This document shows, in pieces, positions 1 through 15,285 of a DNA stretch of 64,000 nt (the stretch's first letter is position 1; each line of letters opens with the position of its first letter). Under the pieces are notes generated by a model. The model saw only the letters and a program-made list of their open reading frames with translations. It had not been told where the DNA came from and did not search any database. This stretch comes from Octopus sinensis (Eukaryota), in the NCBI RefSeq assembly GCF_006345805.1, contig NC_043005.1:60946001-61010000 (forward strand). Direction: 5' to 3'. A program made the translations under genes and the position numbers.

Positions 1-1884
1 TTCATTGAAAGAGAAGCCTTTTAAATGAAAATTAGCGATTTCTCGCTTAAGACTAAAAGAAGTGATTCACCGTAATATTACTTGTACTTACTGTGGCGAC
101 CAACAAGGGTGGGTGATTGATAGAATCGTATCTCATCGATGTTATCTTAACCCTACATCCTTTTAGTTTTCGACTAAATTAAATACAAATCAGTAGTGAG
201 GTCGATTTTTCTTTCATATAACACATTCTATATCTGAGTGGAAATATAATATAAGACTGAGTCTAAGTAGTTTGGATCTAGTTGAAGCCACACATCATAT
301 GATATGACAAGGTAGAATTCATTTTCAGCGATATGCCATTTCTGTTTATATATCTTTTGCAACGGCTTATTAAAAGAAGGTCAGCAGACATGGTACTTTG
401 CACGCCCTCCGAGAATGGTCGGTGGAAGAGAGATGGAGAATGAGGAAGAGAGAGAGAGAGGGAGAGGGAAGGAGGGAGAAAGAGTCTTATGACCGGCGTC
501 AAGGTCTCATACACGCAGGGATTCCATTCTGCTAAGTGTATACTCATATGTCAGGTGGTACTGTTAAATCGGGCAAATCCTTAAGTCTTCTACATGGACA
601 GATGAATAGATTTTCTGACGAATTACCAACGTTTCTATCTATTAGTTTTTACTCACAATGCTTTGTCAACCGAAAAGTTTAATAAACGTCGATTGTCTAA
701 GGTGGGACTTAATAAGAAACATTGTATTTGCGAATTCAAAATACACTGAGCAATTTACTTGCGAAGCGAATTTCTTAAACATCAGTTGCACAGCCACCCA
801 TAATAATTTCTACAATGTAACATGATTAAAATAGGCGTTATCTATCATATAACGTCATACTATGATTTCTCTTAGATAACGTTCAGAGAATGTAAAAATA
901 AGTTGACATTAAGCTGAACATGAGTGCTTCTATCTAGTATTGCATCTATATTCATATCTTACTGGCTTATTGGTCTCAGTGGTAATACTGTAAATGACAG
1001 CTCTAATTAATTGCATTTTGATATATTTATCAGAACGGATATCCAAGTTTAATTATCATATTTAAATTTAGATTGGAAGTATTCGGTATTATATTAAGAA
1101 ATCTTCTGTTTTTCTTGCTAGAAACTATATTTTCTCGTTTAAAGTATCTTATCTAACTCAAAAAAACATCATAGTAGTATTTTCTTATTAGCCACAGTTT
1201 CTGAATGACACTTCATCAGAATCTTATTACTGTCGTTCAGATACAAATAAGACATGCCGGAAAATCTAATGGGCATAGGTATTTCGTCCATGACGTAATG
1301 TCTTCTGTTTTAGTTTAATTCAGATTACATTGTACAATATACCTTTCCCTTGGTTGTTTGTTCTAGACGCTCGAGTGTCGTTGGAGAGATTTTCTCGTGT
1401 CTTCGATGATGCTCCATTAGAGTACTGTGAGTACATTAAATACATCTTCGTGAATTTGTATATTAAGGTTGGCTTAAATTTTTATACCAGTAATGTATGT
1501 TCAGAGGAGACTCGTGAAATATTTACGCACAGATTTTATCTCTGGGAGCAGTTACTCTTCTTGAAATATCAATGATGATATCAGCAGTAGTATTTCTCAT
1601 GCACTTTCTCGGTTTAGTGCCCATAACACTTTGCATGCACCCCGTCCCCGAGATAGCTGTGAAGTAAGAAGATATCATCAAACCGAATAGTTGACCTGCA
1701 TGCTTGCCGCCGAAAAGATTTCTACAACAAATATCAAAGAATTTGCAGGTCACCACCTAATTAGGCCATGCTAAGATTTGAACTCTAAATCGCAATGAAA
1801 CGAACAAATACTGCAATGCAGCCCGTATGAGATTATAACTATTCTTCCTATCTGCTGATCCGTGCTATTATGTTATGTACCGAC

Positions 1885-2620
1885 GTCAGGTGGTGAGCTG
1901 GCAGAATAGTTAAGACATCGGCCAAAATGCTTATTGACATTTCTTCCGGATTTACGTTCTAAGTTCAAATGCTGCCGAGTTCAAGTTTGACTTTCATAAT
2001 TTCAGGGCTAATTAAATAAGAAGCAATCGAACAATCATCTTTGCTTCCTCCACTAAAATTGCCGCCTTGCGCCACAATTTGAAACCATAATGTAAGGATC
2101 TGGCAGAATCGGTAGCGCGTCAGACAGAATGCTAAGCACCAATTCTTCTGGTTCTTTACGATTTGGACCCAAAATCAGTCGAGTTAGACATTGTCTTTCA
2201 TCCTTTCAGAGACCATAAAATAAGTACCAATTGAGCACTCATCTGTACACCCACCCAACCCACTGCCCCTAAAACTGGTGGCCTTGTGTCAAAATTTTAA
2301 GCAATTATTTGCTGACTACAGAAGAAATGAAAAGCGAAGTTGAGCTAGGCCAGATTTGAACTCAGAAGGAAAGGCGCAGGGATATATTCCTCTAGATATT
2401 TCATGTGACACTCTAACATCACTGCCAGGGAACTAACGACAGAATTAACGAAGTATCGCTGAAATTGCTTCATGGTATTTAGTTCTAATCCTGTATATGT
2501 CAAACTTACTTTTCATGTTCCCAGAGTCAATAGAATGAACATGTCAAGATCAATCTATTCAAATGTGGCACCGAATGTATAGCACCAGCTTCAAAAGTAA
2601 AACCATTAGTTTGTTATTAT
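1885..2620. mobile_element. Cluster of 4-5 decayed tRNA-derived SINE family B copies (both orientations)
   Basis: Repeated GGCGAGCTGGCAGAA-like heads, ...GTTCAAAT..GCCGAG.TC.ACTTTG.CTTTCAT core and GCCTTGTGCCAAAATTTGAAACC tail at about 1885-2090 (+), 2092-2310 (+), 2320-2425 (-), 2440-2620 (fragments); same family as 9898, 25385, 28814, 34754. Confidence 0.7.
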
Positions 2621-3265
2621 TGATAGATACGTTCACTAATATATATATATACACAAACACACATATATATTGGTCTTTGTTTTTACGTGTATTTATATAT
2701 AACAATCAAGATTTTAAAGTGAAGGATTGCTCGAAATTTTACTGTACAGTATGGGATATTATTTATAAAAGGAAAAGATTGGCAACTACTACTTCGAAAT
2801 TCTATCTAGCCTTCGTCTGACTGTGTGACCTTGTATCCTTTACAGTTACATAACCGAAATATTTTGAAATTTATCTGAAGTGCTAAGTTTTTACAACGAA
2901 GGGATTCATCATTCTATATACCCTTTCGTTTCTAAATATATTCTGGTGAGATTTGGCTCTCATATCCAACTCTTCATGTAATACGCAGAAGCTCGATGCT
3001 TTGTTGTTGTTGCACTATTCAGCGCACGATTGCAAATTATATTCGTTTCCCCGAAGAATGATGTTAGAATAAGAGGATATTACTAGCGAACTATCCTTCA
3101 GAAAATTCATATTTCAAACGTAATCGTATAATTGCTGTTGAGCCAACACTATACTAAGCATTGCAAACCATACTTTCGTTTTACAAATTATTGCAGTCTT
3201 GATTAGAGTAAATCTATCGAAAGTTTATTCAATTAAGAACAACCTCATTTATTGCCAACAATCTA

Positions 3266-3427
3266 ACCTATCATGGTATCTACAGAGCAGTGTCACAGCC
3301 AACTGGTGAAAATTAAACACACAATTTCCTTCAGAATGCGAAATGTAAAATTACTTCGGTTTAATTTAATTTCTTCTAGATACGTTTTCAGCTACGCATG
3401 TGTGAATTTGTTTAACCCCATTACGCT
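3266..3427 (+). repeat. 162-bp direct duplication, copy 1 (partner 8785-8946)
   Basis: ACCTATCATGGTATCTACAG...TTTAACCCCATTACGCT aligns ungapped to 8785-8946 with 8 mismatches by eye. Confidence 0.95.
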
Positions 3428-3959
3428 TTCTCTTAATGACTTTAAAGTAATTAAAGCTGCTGTGATAATGAGGAACGTATAGCAATTAGAGTTTTAAAGG
3501 GATGTTTTCCAATTCTTCTCCTGTTGCCCATTAAATATAAATTACATCTGATGTTGCCAGAACAGCAAATTCACGGGTAGCATGATGAATAACCTGTAAC
3601 TACAGCAGAGATAATGTATTTTATGGATGCCATTATGGTTACCTGCATTGAGAGAAATTTCAAAAATAGAATTAAATGTGTGTTCTATGTTCACTTAATC
3701 TGTTGGCAAAGGTTTAGAGCTGGAATTAATCAGTGGCAATTCAACGAGGATATGTTTGCCCTTTAAAAGTATAAGACACCACATCCAAAGAGATGCAAGA
3801 TTTCTTATGAATTGCATTGCCAGCTACATAAACATGATGAAATTTTAAGTTGCTTTAGCATGGTAGTTGTGATAACCCTTGTCTATGATTCGTCCAATAA
3901 CATATATCGAAATAAAGTTACAACCGAAGTTATAAGCCATAAGTATTATATATCTGCTT

Positions 3960-4410
3960 CCAAAATCAACAAAATGTTTCTTGGTCTCAAGCATTTGACT
4001 TATGAAGAAAGGCTGAAGACGCTCGACCTTTATTCTCTAGAAAAACGACGACGCCGTGCTGATCTCATCCTCGCTCACAACATCATAAGCGGAAAGTGTA
4101 ACCTCTCGAAAGAGCTGTTCTTCACTCCTGCTCCAAAGCGTCGGCTGCGAGGTCACTCCGTAAAGCTCTATCTGCGACGATTTCATCTCAATCGAAGGAG
4201 AGGGGCTTTCTCCGTCCGAGTTGCGGATCCGTGGAATAAGCAGCCGGACGAGATAGTGAAGATGCCGATGACCGCTCGGTTCAAAGACTCTCTTGACCAG
4301 AAATGGCCTGAACTCTTTGCATGAACACCCTCCCTGTACATAATTCCATGTCCTTCTACATAGCCTTGCTTTTGCTTTTTGAGCCAAAGAATTAACTTAA
4401 CTTAACTTAA
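3960..4410 (+). mobile_element. 5'-truncated CR1-type LINE: ORF2 C-terminus, 3' UTR and (AACTT)n tail
   Basis: LKHLTYEERLKTLDLYSLEKRRRRADLI...RGH..KL...AFSVRVADPWNKQP...FKDSLD matches the CR1/L2 ORF2 C-terminal pattern (YEERL..L.L.SLE.RR.R.DL, WN.LP, FK..LD); stop at 4322-4324; tandem AACTT tail to about 4410. Confidence 0.85.
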
Positions 4411-5496
4411 AATGGGACCGGATAAAAACACAACCAAGAGGATACGGATCAATGATTGTTTGAAAGATAAGACAATACCGTATCCACATTAACATTAAAC
4501 ATCTATTTAGGCACAATATTAATTACGCGGGTAAGATGAATATGTATAAATACATCTAATACCGAACAAAATGACTCACCCATCCATACTCTCATGCACA
4601 TTTCTTCACAAAAATATCATACGTACACAACGCACACTCACGCGGATATTTACATGCAGGGCCATATAAAATACAGACGAATTTTTTAAATATACACTTC
4701 CAAAACTGGCAGCTGAAATACCCACTCAAATATTTACACTCTGGTTAAATTTATTCAACTATGTAAACCAAAAAACACAAAACCAATGACATTGATATAA
4801 TGGACTCTTCTTTCGAAGATGACGTGTGAGCATTCGTTTTTTTTTTTTTTTTTTTGGTCGAACGACCTGCACAAAGGATTTGTTTAGAGTGATCAGATGT
4901 TCGTGTCGCACATTAGTTCACTATCTCCATCAAATCGACGTTGCCTTAACAGATGCATTGTGTACGATGCGTCAGGTGTCGAAGATGAACTGTATTGCTC
5001 AAGCATGTGTGTTTGAGAAGAGGTGATTGTATGTACGTCTGTAAAGGAAATCTTGTGTGTAGAGTTAGATCTTTGACTGTTGAGTTTAGAAAAGCACGTA
5101 GAGCAAATGTAGTGGTGTGATTACTACTGAGTGTAATAATATTGCTCGGCATGATATATAGAGGAAGTACATTCGAAATTAATATAAACACAATTTTATA
5201 GATATGTATTCGATTCAATTTTCAGAAGGCTTCTTTTTGAAGGAAAACCTATACGCCACAGGCGTAGCATATATGTATGTACACAATATAGTTTCAGTTT
5301 ATACTTATATATTATAACTACACAACCAACTTAAATGTACATGACTAAATACTAACGTAGTTATACTGAGACACACGCAAATAGATATATAAGCATTTAT
5401 TTATATATTAACACAGAAGTACATCTATTTATATATCTATGTATGTATGTATGGATCTATCTATCTGTCAAATTATCTATCTTTCTGGTCATTTAA

Positions 5497-7628
<2,132 letters not shown>

Positions 7629-8039
7629 TGCGGTTATATACGCACTCATGGGGGTTGCTGTTCGATTTTGGTTTAGGAATTCTATTCATAGGAATTGACA
7701 TTGCACATTTTTTGTGGCCTTTCTGAAGACTTTCATTTCAACAATCATATGTATATAAATATACATACATGTCGGCACATGTACGCGCACAAACACATAA
7801 TGCATCTCTCTCACATTCTCTAATCTTCCTCTCAAATCTCTCTTCGGTCTCTCACTCCTTTCTCTCTGTATCTGTCTGTCTCTCTGTTACATATTCACGT
7901 ACAAACACACACATATACACCAACATGCACACACACACACACCTGCGTGTCTGTGTCAAGACACGTGAGTTCTGAAGTGGTATACCTACGGAAGATCCGA
8001 CAGGGATTGATAAGATACTTTAGCACTGAGTGTTACACA

Positions 8040-8380
8040 AGTACCTGATAAAACATTGCGCTGTTCCAAGATTTTGTTCGTCCCGTCTTGTATACTGCAA
8101 TAGCATCGAATTCAATTTTAATATCTTTCCAAAAACCCAGAGTATTCAACATGGAGTTTAGGTAGATGTTTTCAAGAAGTACCTTGACTGCCTACTGTCC
8201 ATGTTCCCAGAGGAACCTACATCACGGCACAAGAAAAATTTCAAACGAGTACAGCAATATCACATACTACCATTCACCAAAAGCCAACCCCATACGAACA
8301 ACCATTGGAAAGGTGATGATACCGGTGGTGTTCCTGTAGTGTCACAACCTTTTAGCCGAAGCACATAAGCGAATAAAAGA
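8040..8380 (+). mobile_element. Decayed CR1-type LINE 3' remnant
   Basis: VDVFKKYLDCLLSMFPEEP resembles the FK..LD.FL..IPD.P terminus of invertebrate CR1 ORF2; similar piece at 58430-58680. Confidence 0.55.
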
Positions 8381-8784
8381 AAATACATATAATTGACCTG
8401 ATTATTTGACTGAAACCTACTTGATGAAGCAAACAATACCCGATGTAGTCACGTTTCGAGGCGTGCTTTAGCACACTCTCACATTTTTGCTCATCAACTG
8501 ACCTCTTTGTCTGAAGGATATGTGTGTGTGTGCATTTTATTTTAATACTTATTATATATTATCGATAGATATATATATATAGATATGCGTATATATGTAT
8601 ACACTCAAACACAAACGCATGTGTATCTATGTTTGTGAATTCTAACAGAATAACTCATATACTCTTTCAGAATGTATTAAGTCTAGCAAGACCGTACAGA
8701 TACAGACAAATTGAAAAGTCGGAAACGTAGAGACTTAGAATAGAAGCTTAGGAAAGGAATCGCAATCGAAATGCTTGCTGCAAG

Positions 8785-8946
8785 ACCTATCATGGTATCT
8801 ACAGTACATTGTCACAGCCAACTGGTGAAAATTAAACACACTATTTCCTTCAGAATGCGAAATGTAAAATTACTTCAGTTTGATTTAATTTCTCCTAGAT
8901 ACGTTTCCAGCTACGCATGTGTGAATTTGTTTAACCCCATTACGCT
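8785..8946 (+). repeat. 162-bp direct duplication, copy 2 (partner 3266-3427)
   Basis: Ungapped alignment to 3266-3427, about 95 percent identity. Confidence 0.95.
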
Positions 8947-8969
8947 ATGCACGAAACCATCCTATGGGC

Positions 8970-9720
8970 CCGAGTGGCAGGATTGCAATGGCAACAATAT
9001 CACAATTCGGTTTTAAGTGAACTATAAATGGCATATGATACCTATCAGGAAAATGTGTGCTGCTTTTCAGTATCACTTCAATTAATTGTGCGGGAATGGA
9101 TAGTGGGCCGAATCGCAAAATGAATTTTAAGTGTTTTGTTCGAATAGGTTCTGTGAAAATCCCAACTGTTGTGTCAGTATGGAGATTGAGGTTTGACTGA
9201 CTGTCGAGAAAATTAGTTGGTTTTGATGGGTCTTCCCTGTGAGCTTTACTTTTACTTGCGATTATTGTCTGGGGTCGTCTTGCAAGCAGAATTAGAAAAT
9301 TCAAAATTCTTTAAGTCGAACCGTTGATAGGAGACAAAATTAGCCGCGTAATTTCGTTGAGTCTGTAGTTCGACCGGTTCAAGCCGTACAACAGCGTCGT
9401 AGATCACTGGAGGTGTAACTCGTTAACTTCCTTGGATTTCGGTTAAGTTCAGACATAATAGTAGAGAAGTACTAGGTTGAAGTGACGATTAGGGTAATAG
9501 AAGAAATGGGCCAGCAGACACTGTCTTGTCAGCGCCTGCTGTAGAAGAGACACGTCCCACTGGTGAATCATTCTATATGTTGTTAGAATCCGCTGTGTAG
9601 GGAATTGGACATGAATGTGGTCGTCGCTTGTCAAACTTCCTTTCCAACAGCTCGGTTCTGTGACCGAGATGCATTCATGGATCATGCGTTGACCGAGGCA
9701 GGGCACCTAGTACCTAGAGT
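8970..9720 (-). mobile_element. Probable Gypsy/Ty3 LTR-retrotransposon integrase remnant (core end plus GPY/F module)
   Basis: Minus-strand peptides PTQRILTTYRMIHQ (about LP.VL.AYR.T.H) and KFILRFGPLSI...IEVILK...HMPFIVHLKP (about KL.PRF.GPF...HPVFHVS.LKP); GC-richer than flanks; pattern recognition only. Confidence 0.45.
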
Positions 9721-9897
9721 AGACCTTTCTGCAAGTTAAGCAACGAGGTCAATGCAAATCCAGCTTTGGCATTCTCTAGACAGTTGATTAGAGATGAGAC
9801 AAGATATCGTTTTCGAGAAGAGTCAGTCATGACGAGAATCAACTGGCCGGTTTTCGTCGGAGGGATTTCAAGGATTATTACTCTTGTCATTGCTAAT

Positions 9898-10095
9898 ACG
9901 GCGAGCTGGAAGAAACGTTAGCACTCTGGACAGAATGCTTCGTGGTATTTCGTCCAGAGTATAAATACTGCCGAGGTGGACTTTGCCTTTGATCGTTTCG
10001 GGCTTGATAAAATATGAGCTCTGGGGTTGATGTAATCGACTTACCCACCTCCTGAAATTGCTGGCCTTGTGCCAAAATTTAAAAGCGTTATTATG
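9898..10095 (+). mobile_element. SINE family B
   Basis: GGCGAGCTGG.AGAAACGTTAGCAC head, GCCGAGGT.GACTTTGCCTTT core, GCTGGCCTTGTGCCAAAATTT tail. Confidence 0.85.
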
Positions 10096-11042
10096 AGGTT
10101 TATCTACATCAGAGTGTCACAGAAACGATAGTATGCTATGTATTTCTCTTACTGTAATGAGTCAACTTTACATGCTGAGATCGAATTCAAACGATTCTGA
10201 TTTAACAATTTATTTCGTCGAGGTGACTTGAAAAGCAGTTACATAAAATGAATTCAATTCCATCAACTAATTTCCGATTCTATAAATATTTTGCCTTTGG
10301 TCTATAGGACTATTCCACTGTAAATCTCTCAGAATTTATTGTTGATGCACTCGTGTCATTTCAATCACATATATCATCCACTAACTGCAGGTTTTAGCCA
10401 CTGGCCAGTCACGCCCAGCAGAATCGCTTCGATAAAATTCGAAGGAAATGCATTCGCTTAATCTCCACCAGCTCTCTGTAATTGAAGTAGAAATAGAGTT
10501 TAATATTTCTACAAGAAAATGAAGATGACTACCCTAGTTAGAAGTGTCAACCTTCTCGCGAAATCGATTGCAAAATAAATGAAAAGACTACAAGACACTA
10601 TATCGAGAATTATGCAAAGTAAACACGAATGGCACAACATAGAGAAAGAATATTCAATGGTTGTTATCGCAACTGGCGTCATTGATTTTTCGCTTTAACT
10701 TTTGCATGCAATGTATGAAAGATATTATCTCATGGTATTTCTCATTAAGCCTCTGACACAAACCAACACAAACATGCAAACAGAAACACGGATAAGCACA
10801 TAAATTTAGAAAATTAAGACACGCAGACACAAACACATACGCAGACATACACACACACACACAGAAAAAATATATATACACACACATGCATATATACATA
10901 ATACAGACATATCGACGCATAAATACGCTCACGCACACACATATATATGAGTGTGTGCACACATTTAAATATTTATACATATCTATGCATAATTATATAT
11001 ATATATATATATATACACACACTTTTACTTTTAGTTTTACAC

Positions 11043-11186
11043 TTACTTGTTTCAGTCATTAGACTACGGCCATGTGTAGTCTAGCTATAGTAGAAGACAC
11101 TTGCCGAAGATGCCACGCAGTGGGACTGAACCCGGAACCATGTGGTTGGTAAGCAAGCTACATACCACACACCCACTCCTGCGCCT
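11043..11186 (-). mobile_element. SINE family A, internally deleted copy
   Basis: Head (rc of AGGCGCAGGAGTGG.TGTGTGGTA...GGTTCCGGGTTCAGTCCCACTGCGTGGCA) joined almost directly to tail (rc of ATGGCCG.AGTC.AATGACTGAAACAAGT). Confidence 0.85.
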
Positions 11187-11774
11187 AATTAGTGAATTAG
11201 TTATGCAGATGTTAACTGGGACGATCATCAACAACAAATGATGCTTTGCTCTGCAAAAGTGAGATTAGAGTAGAGTCAATAAGGTTTAGTAAAGTTATAT
11301 CTATAGCATAAAACATAGGAGTGAGAAACTTAGAATCTTAGAAGATAAGCTCCCAAAAGGCGTCGCAACCGATGAGTTCGTTGCCAGACTAATCTTCGGA
11401 TAACTATAAAACTCGAAGCCCAAACGTTGCATGCGGACCATAGACGGACCATGATATTCGAATCTCGCTAGTCTATATATCTTTTCAACTTGATCGACAG
11501 TTCGTAACGAATGATAGGCTGGAACGCTGAATGGACAGCAATTCTTCTATAGATGGAGTGATGCACCTCTCACAAAAGGAGGCGGACTGCCGTAGTTTAC
11601 AGAGACATCTGCTTGGTGATTAGGTTCAAGGGCCATCAATCTAAGCCATTTAGTATCATGCACTTCGACCGTCAAGATATTCCTCTCTCTCGCGTCATTG
11701 TATGTACTGACACTTGAAACACTACAGCTGAAACAGGAGACGTTTTGGATGGGGAAAGAATCCTGCCAGATCTA

Positions 11775-11932
11775 GTTCAAATTTCGCCAAGGTTGACTTT
11801 CCATCTCATTCCTTTGGGGCTGATAAATTAAGTATCAATGAAACACTGAGATCGATGTAAACGACTAGGTATCTGCCCCAAAATTTCAGGCCTTGTGCCT
11901 GTAGTAGAAAGGATTATTATTATTATTATTAT

Positions 11933-11986
<54 letters not shown>

Positions 11987-12060
11987 GAGGAGGAGGAGGA
12001 GGAGGAGGAGGAGGAGTTGCACCACCACCACCAGCACCACCACCAGCACCACCAGCAGCC
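11775..12060 (+). mobile_element. SINE family B 3' part with expanded tail (ATT)n>(AGT)n>(AGG)n>(ACC/AGC)n
   Basis: GTTCAAATTTCGCCAAGGTTGACTTT core, GGCCTTGTGCCTGTAGTAGAAAGG end, then a trinucleotide gradient from about 11915. Confidence 0.8.
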
Positions 12061-12233
12061 ATTGAAGAATTTGGACCTTGATATCTCCATTTCAAGCGAC
12101 TTCAAGGGCCACCTCTCAGTGGTGTCGGGCGTCAACGAAGAGCCCTCGACTACAACAAGACGACCAAATTTTTTTTTCCAAGGTCCGGGGTCTCCCGTCC
12201 CTAAGCCCTAGACCATCGCCTAATCACCCTTAC

Positions 12234-12390
12234 CCGTCTTGTTGCTTAACAACAACAACAACAACAGCAGCACCAGCAGCGGCGGCGGTGGTGGTGGTGG
12301 TGGTGCTGTTGCTGCTGCTACTGCTGCTGGTAGTGTTAGCAGCAGCAGCAGTAGTGTTCTTCTTGCCTGATGTTGCTTTTTGTGGTTGTT
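12234..12390 (-). other. Candidate low-complexity exon (unverified)
   Basis: Minus strand ttttgtttttcatgcAG acceptor at 12392-12391 and GG|GTAAGG donor at 12233; 157 nt, two frames open (QPQKATSGKKNTTAAAA...VVVVVVKQQDG or NNHKKQHQARR...LLLSNKT). Confidence 0.3.
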
Positions 12391-12563
12391 CTGCATGAAA
12401 AACAAAATGTACAGTGCAACATATACTGCATCAATTCGATCAACAATAATTTTTTGCAAGGAATATGTGGCTTTTTGCCAGTGAGAGAACTTTATATAAA
12501 TTCCAGTTTCTGCAATCGATATATGAATATTTGCACTCTTAAATTGTGTATCTGTATATAAAT

Positions 12564-12655
<92 letters not shown>

Positions 12656-13724
12656 TATATCTTAAATATATACTTACGTATGCGTGTGCGTTCGTTTTAT
12701 TTTAGTTTAGTCCCATGAATTCATGGTGACTACAGCTTTTCCATTCATGTTTTCAGGGTCGTTTATAACTTACTAGTCCAATATGGCGTTTTTTATGGAA
12801 ATGTAAAAGATTCGTCACGGTATTTCTTTCGTTAACTAACATTCTGAATCTATATCTTTCTATAGATTTATTCATTGATAAACTTTAAACATTGTCCGAT
12901 ATAGCACCAATTTCTGCGATAATGTGTGACTGCATCGGAGCACAATTGCAAACGTTACGGACCGTTGTCTGGTTTCAATATACCCTTTCTTGTCTGTGAG
13001 GCCCTGCATCCAGTCAAGACCCTGTGGGTATGGGCCTTAGAAATTCAAATGTGGGTTCGCTTTATATTTTCACTTGTTTAATCCCACCTAAGTTCTGATT
13101 GAGAAGGCCTAAATTTGAAGGAGTTACAGCTGTCGCCTTTCTTTCTTATCTATAATAGTTACGTATGTTCCTCGTTTCTAAGATGGTAGTCAGCTATTTC
13201 TAACAGAATAAGCTACCACGAAAATTTCCCTTTGTTGTCACTTTCCTGATTTGAATACTCTTGGCTTTGTTTAACTCGAGGAACGTTCGAGACTACATAA
13301 TAACTATCATCTCTCCTCTCTGATCATTCATGTTTGACGGGATACTATCGAATGTGTCATTTCGTTGGTTATACAGTAATTCGGGTTCTGAGGAAAGATA
13401 TACTTGTTATTTCTAGCATGCCAAGAGACCATGAAAACTCTCTCTCATTGAGAGAAATTATATGGTTTACTCTGGTGTCTTAATCTAATTTTATATCCCT
13501 ATAGTAATATTCCTAAAGGGTTATGTGATTTGACAATTTACAGTTAACTTTGCGGTCATATCTTATTGAAGTTCCAATTCAATGTATGATATTTACTTAA
13601 TTGCAGAGGGCCCAATTAAGTGTTTGTAGTTTTGTTGTCAAAGTATTTATAAGATGACAACAGATTTAAGGACATGCAAGCAATAACAACTGAAGTCTGG
13701 GTGTTTTATGCTATATTATTGCTG

Positions 13725-13860
13725 ACGTCGTGTTGTTGAGAAATTCGCTTTGGGCTACAACCATTCCTGGTTCCATCACGTACACGTCACTTCCTTGCAC
13801 AATTGACTTTGTCCATAGCCTAGGTCAACCTAAAGCATGTTAGTGAAATCAGATACATAG
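13725..13860 (+). mobile_element. Old, highly diverged SINE family A head
   Basis: Collinear similarity to family A head through ...CATAGCCTAGGTCAACCTAAAGC.TGT.AGTG. Confidence 0.5.
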
Positions 13861-14719
13861 CAATTATGATGTGAACGTAATCTGTTAGTTTAACAACACC
13901 ATCTGACCAAATTCTACCAAATTTTAGCGGGATTTTATGTCAATGAATCTGACCTTTCATCTGATCTGAGGAAAACTCCTTTGAAGTAAGAATAAATCAA
14001 GATAGAGGTCAGTTTAAAGTATCTTGCCAAACGACGCAGGATTTCATATTCACACTGCCCATTTATAGTAGGATGATGTGGTAATATGGTTAAAAGCCTG
14101 TGATGTCTCATGATAGCCTCCATTAAGAGCTACATTTATGTCATTGATAGCCATTATAGCATCCCATCGGAGCGGAAACTGAACATTTATTAAAATATCA
14201 TTCTTTCAAAGAAATGAGTAACACTGGACAAAAACAATTAGATTCATATTAGGAAATATGTAATGCTCATTAGTAAAAGAAGGCATTTCATTGAACGAGC
14301 ATAAGTGTGAAGTGTTCAGAACACGATCTGTAAAGCTTAATTCGATAATTTCAAATGCAGCAAAATTCATTTGAAAATATATATTTTCATTACATTCTCT
14401 TAAAAAATATACGAGCAAATTTGAAGAATTTTGATAAAATATTATTTCCCTTCCGTTTGATACTCTCGTCAAAGTGTTTACATGAATATAATTGGTCATA
14501 ATTCGTTGGAAATACTAAACATCATTTGTAAGGCGGATCCTAAGACTTTTGAACTGAAGATTTTAATAGCCTGTCTTTTCAAATGCTGTAAATACCTTAC
14601 CATTGTAATAAAACGCTTCTCAGTAGTAAGAGCTATATAACTATCTTTCTCAAGCGCTTATAACCTGGTTTGTCTTTATGATTCGGTAGCTTTCATTAAT
14701 TCTTTTTACGTGTCCATTT

Positions 14720-14960
14720 AGAGACGAGGAGATAGAGACACCCTCACAGACATCCCATCTTTGACCCAACGGAACAACAACGATATAACAGCGAGCGGGA
14801 GATTGATCTACACTAGCAGTCAACTCATTTTCAGCTGAGTACATGGGAAAATCATGAAATGATATACCTTGTTCAAGAGCACAGTACGCTGCCCAGTACA
14901 TGATTTGATCCCCCGACCTTATGATTGAAAATTCAGTACCTTTACTATGCGCTAAGTAAA
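14720..14960 (-). mobile_element. SINE family C (tRNA-derived, CORE-like middle), decayed
   Basis: Minus strand GTGCTCTTGAACAAGG...ACTCAGCTGAAAATGAGT shared with 42575-42830. Confidence 0.5.
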
Positions 14961-15109
14961 TCAACAGTTGTATGTTTTTTCCTTGAGTTCCAGGACTCAT
15001 AATGCCGATTACTCTGTTTTCCTGGCATATAAGTAACCGAGCTTAACACAGTAGCCATGGATGAAACTCCTGTCCGTTTAAAAGTTCCTGGCTAGTTACT
15101 TTTGAGTGG

Positions 15110-15285
15110 AAGGGACAAGTCGATTACATCGACTTCAGTAATCGACTGGTAAATTATTTTATTGACTTGAATGAATGATAGGCAAAATTAACCTCAGCGG
15201 TATTTGAATTCAAAACATAAAGAGCTGGAAAAAATGTTGTAAAGCATTTCGACCGACGTGTTAACGGATTCTGTAAGCTCACTCA
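15110..15285 (-). mobile_element. SINE family B
   Basis: rc of family B core (GGCAAAATTAACCTCAGCGG.ATTTGAA, AAGCATTTCGACCGACGTGTTAACG). Confidence 0.7.

Noticed and set aside
3812-4324. Longest ORF (170 aa) as a host gene
   Set aside because: The last ~120 aa are a CR1 ORF2 terminus and the first ~50 aa are fortuitous read-through of flank.
8440-8505. Minus-strand TTGATGA...8-9 bp hairpin...CTCGAAACGT as a hammerhead
   Set aside because: Good hairpin and GAAACGT, but the core and stem I cannot be assembled consistently and H17 would be G; at most a heavily decayed relic.
11300-11760. Possible RTE endonuclease remnant
   Set aside because: Only faint peptide resemblance (IDGV..LS, FKG); needs a profile search.
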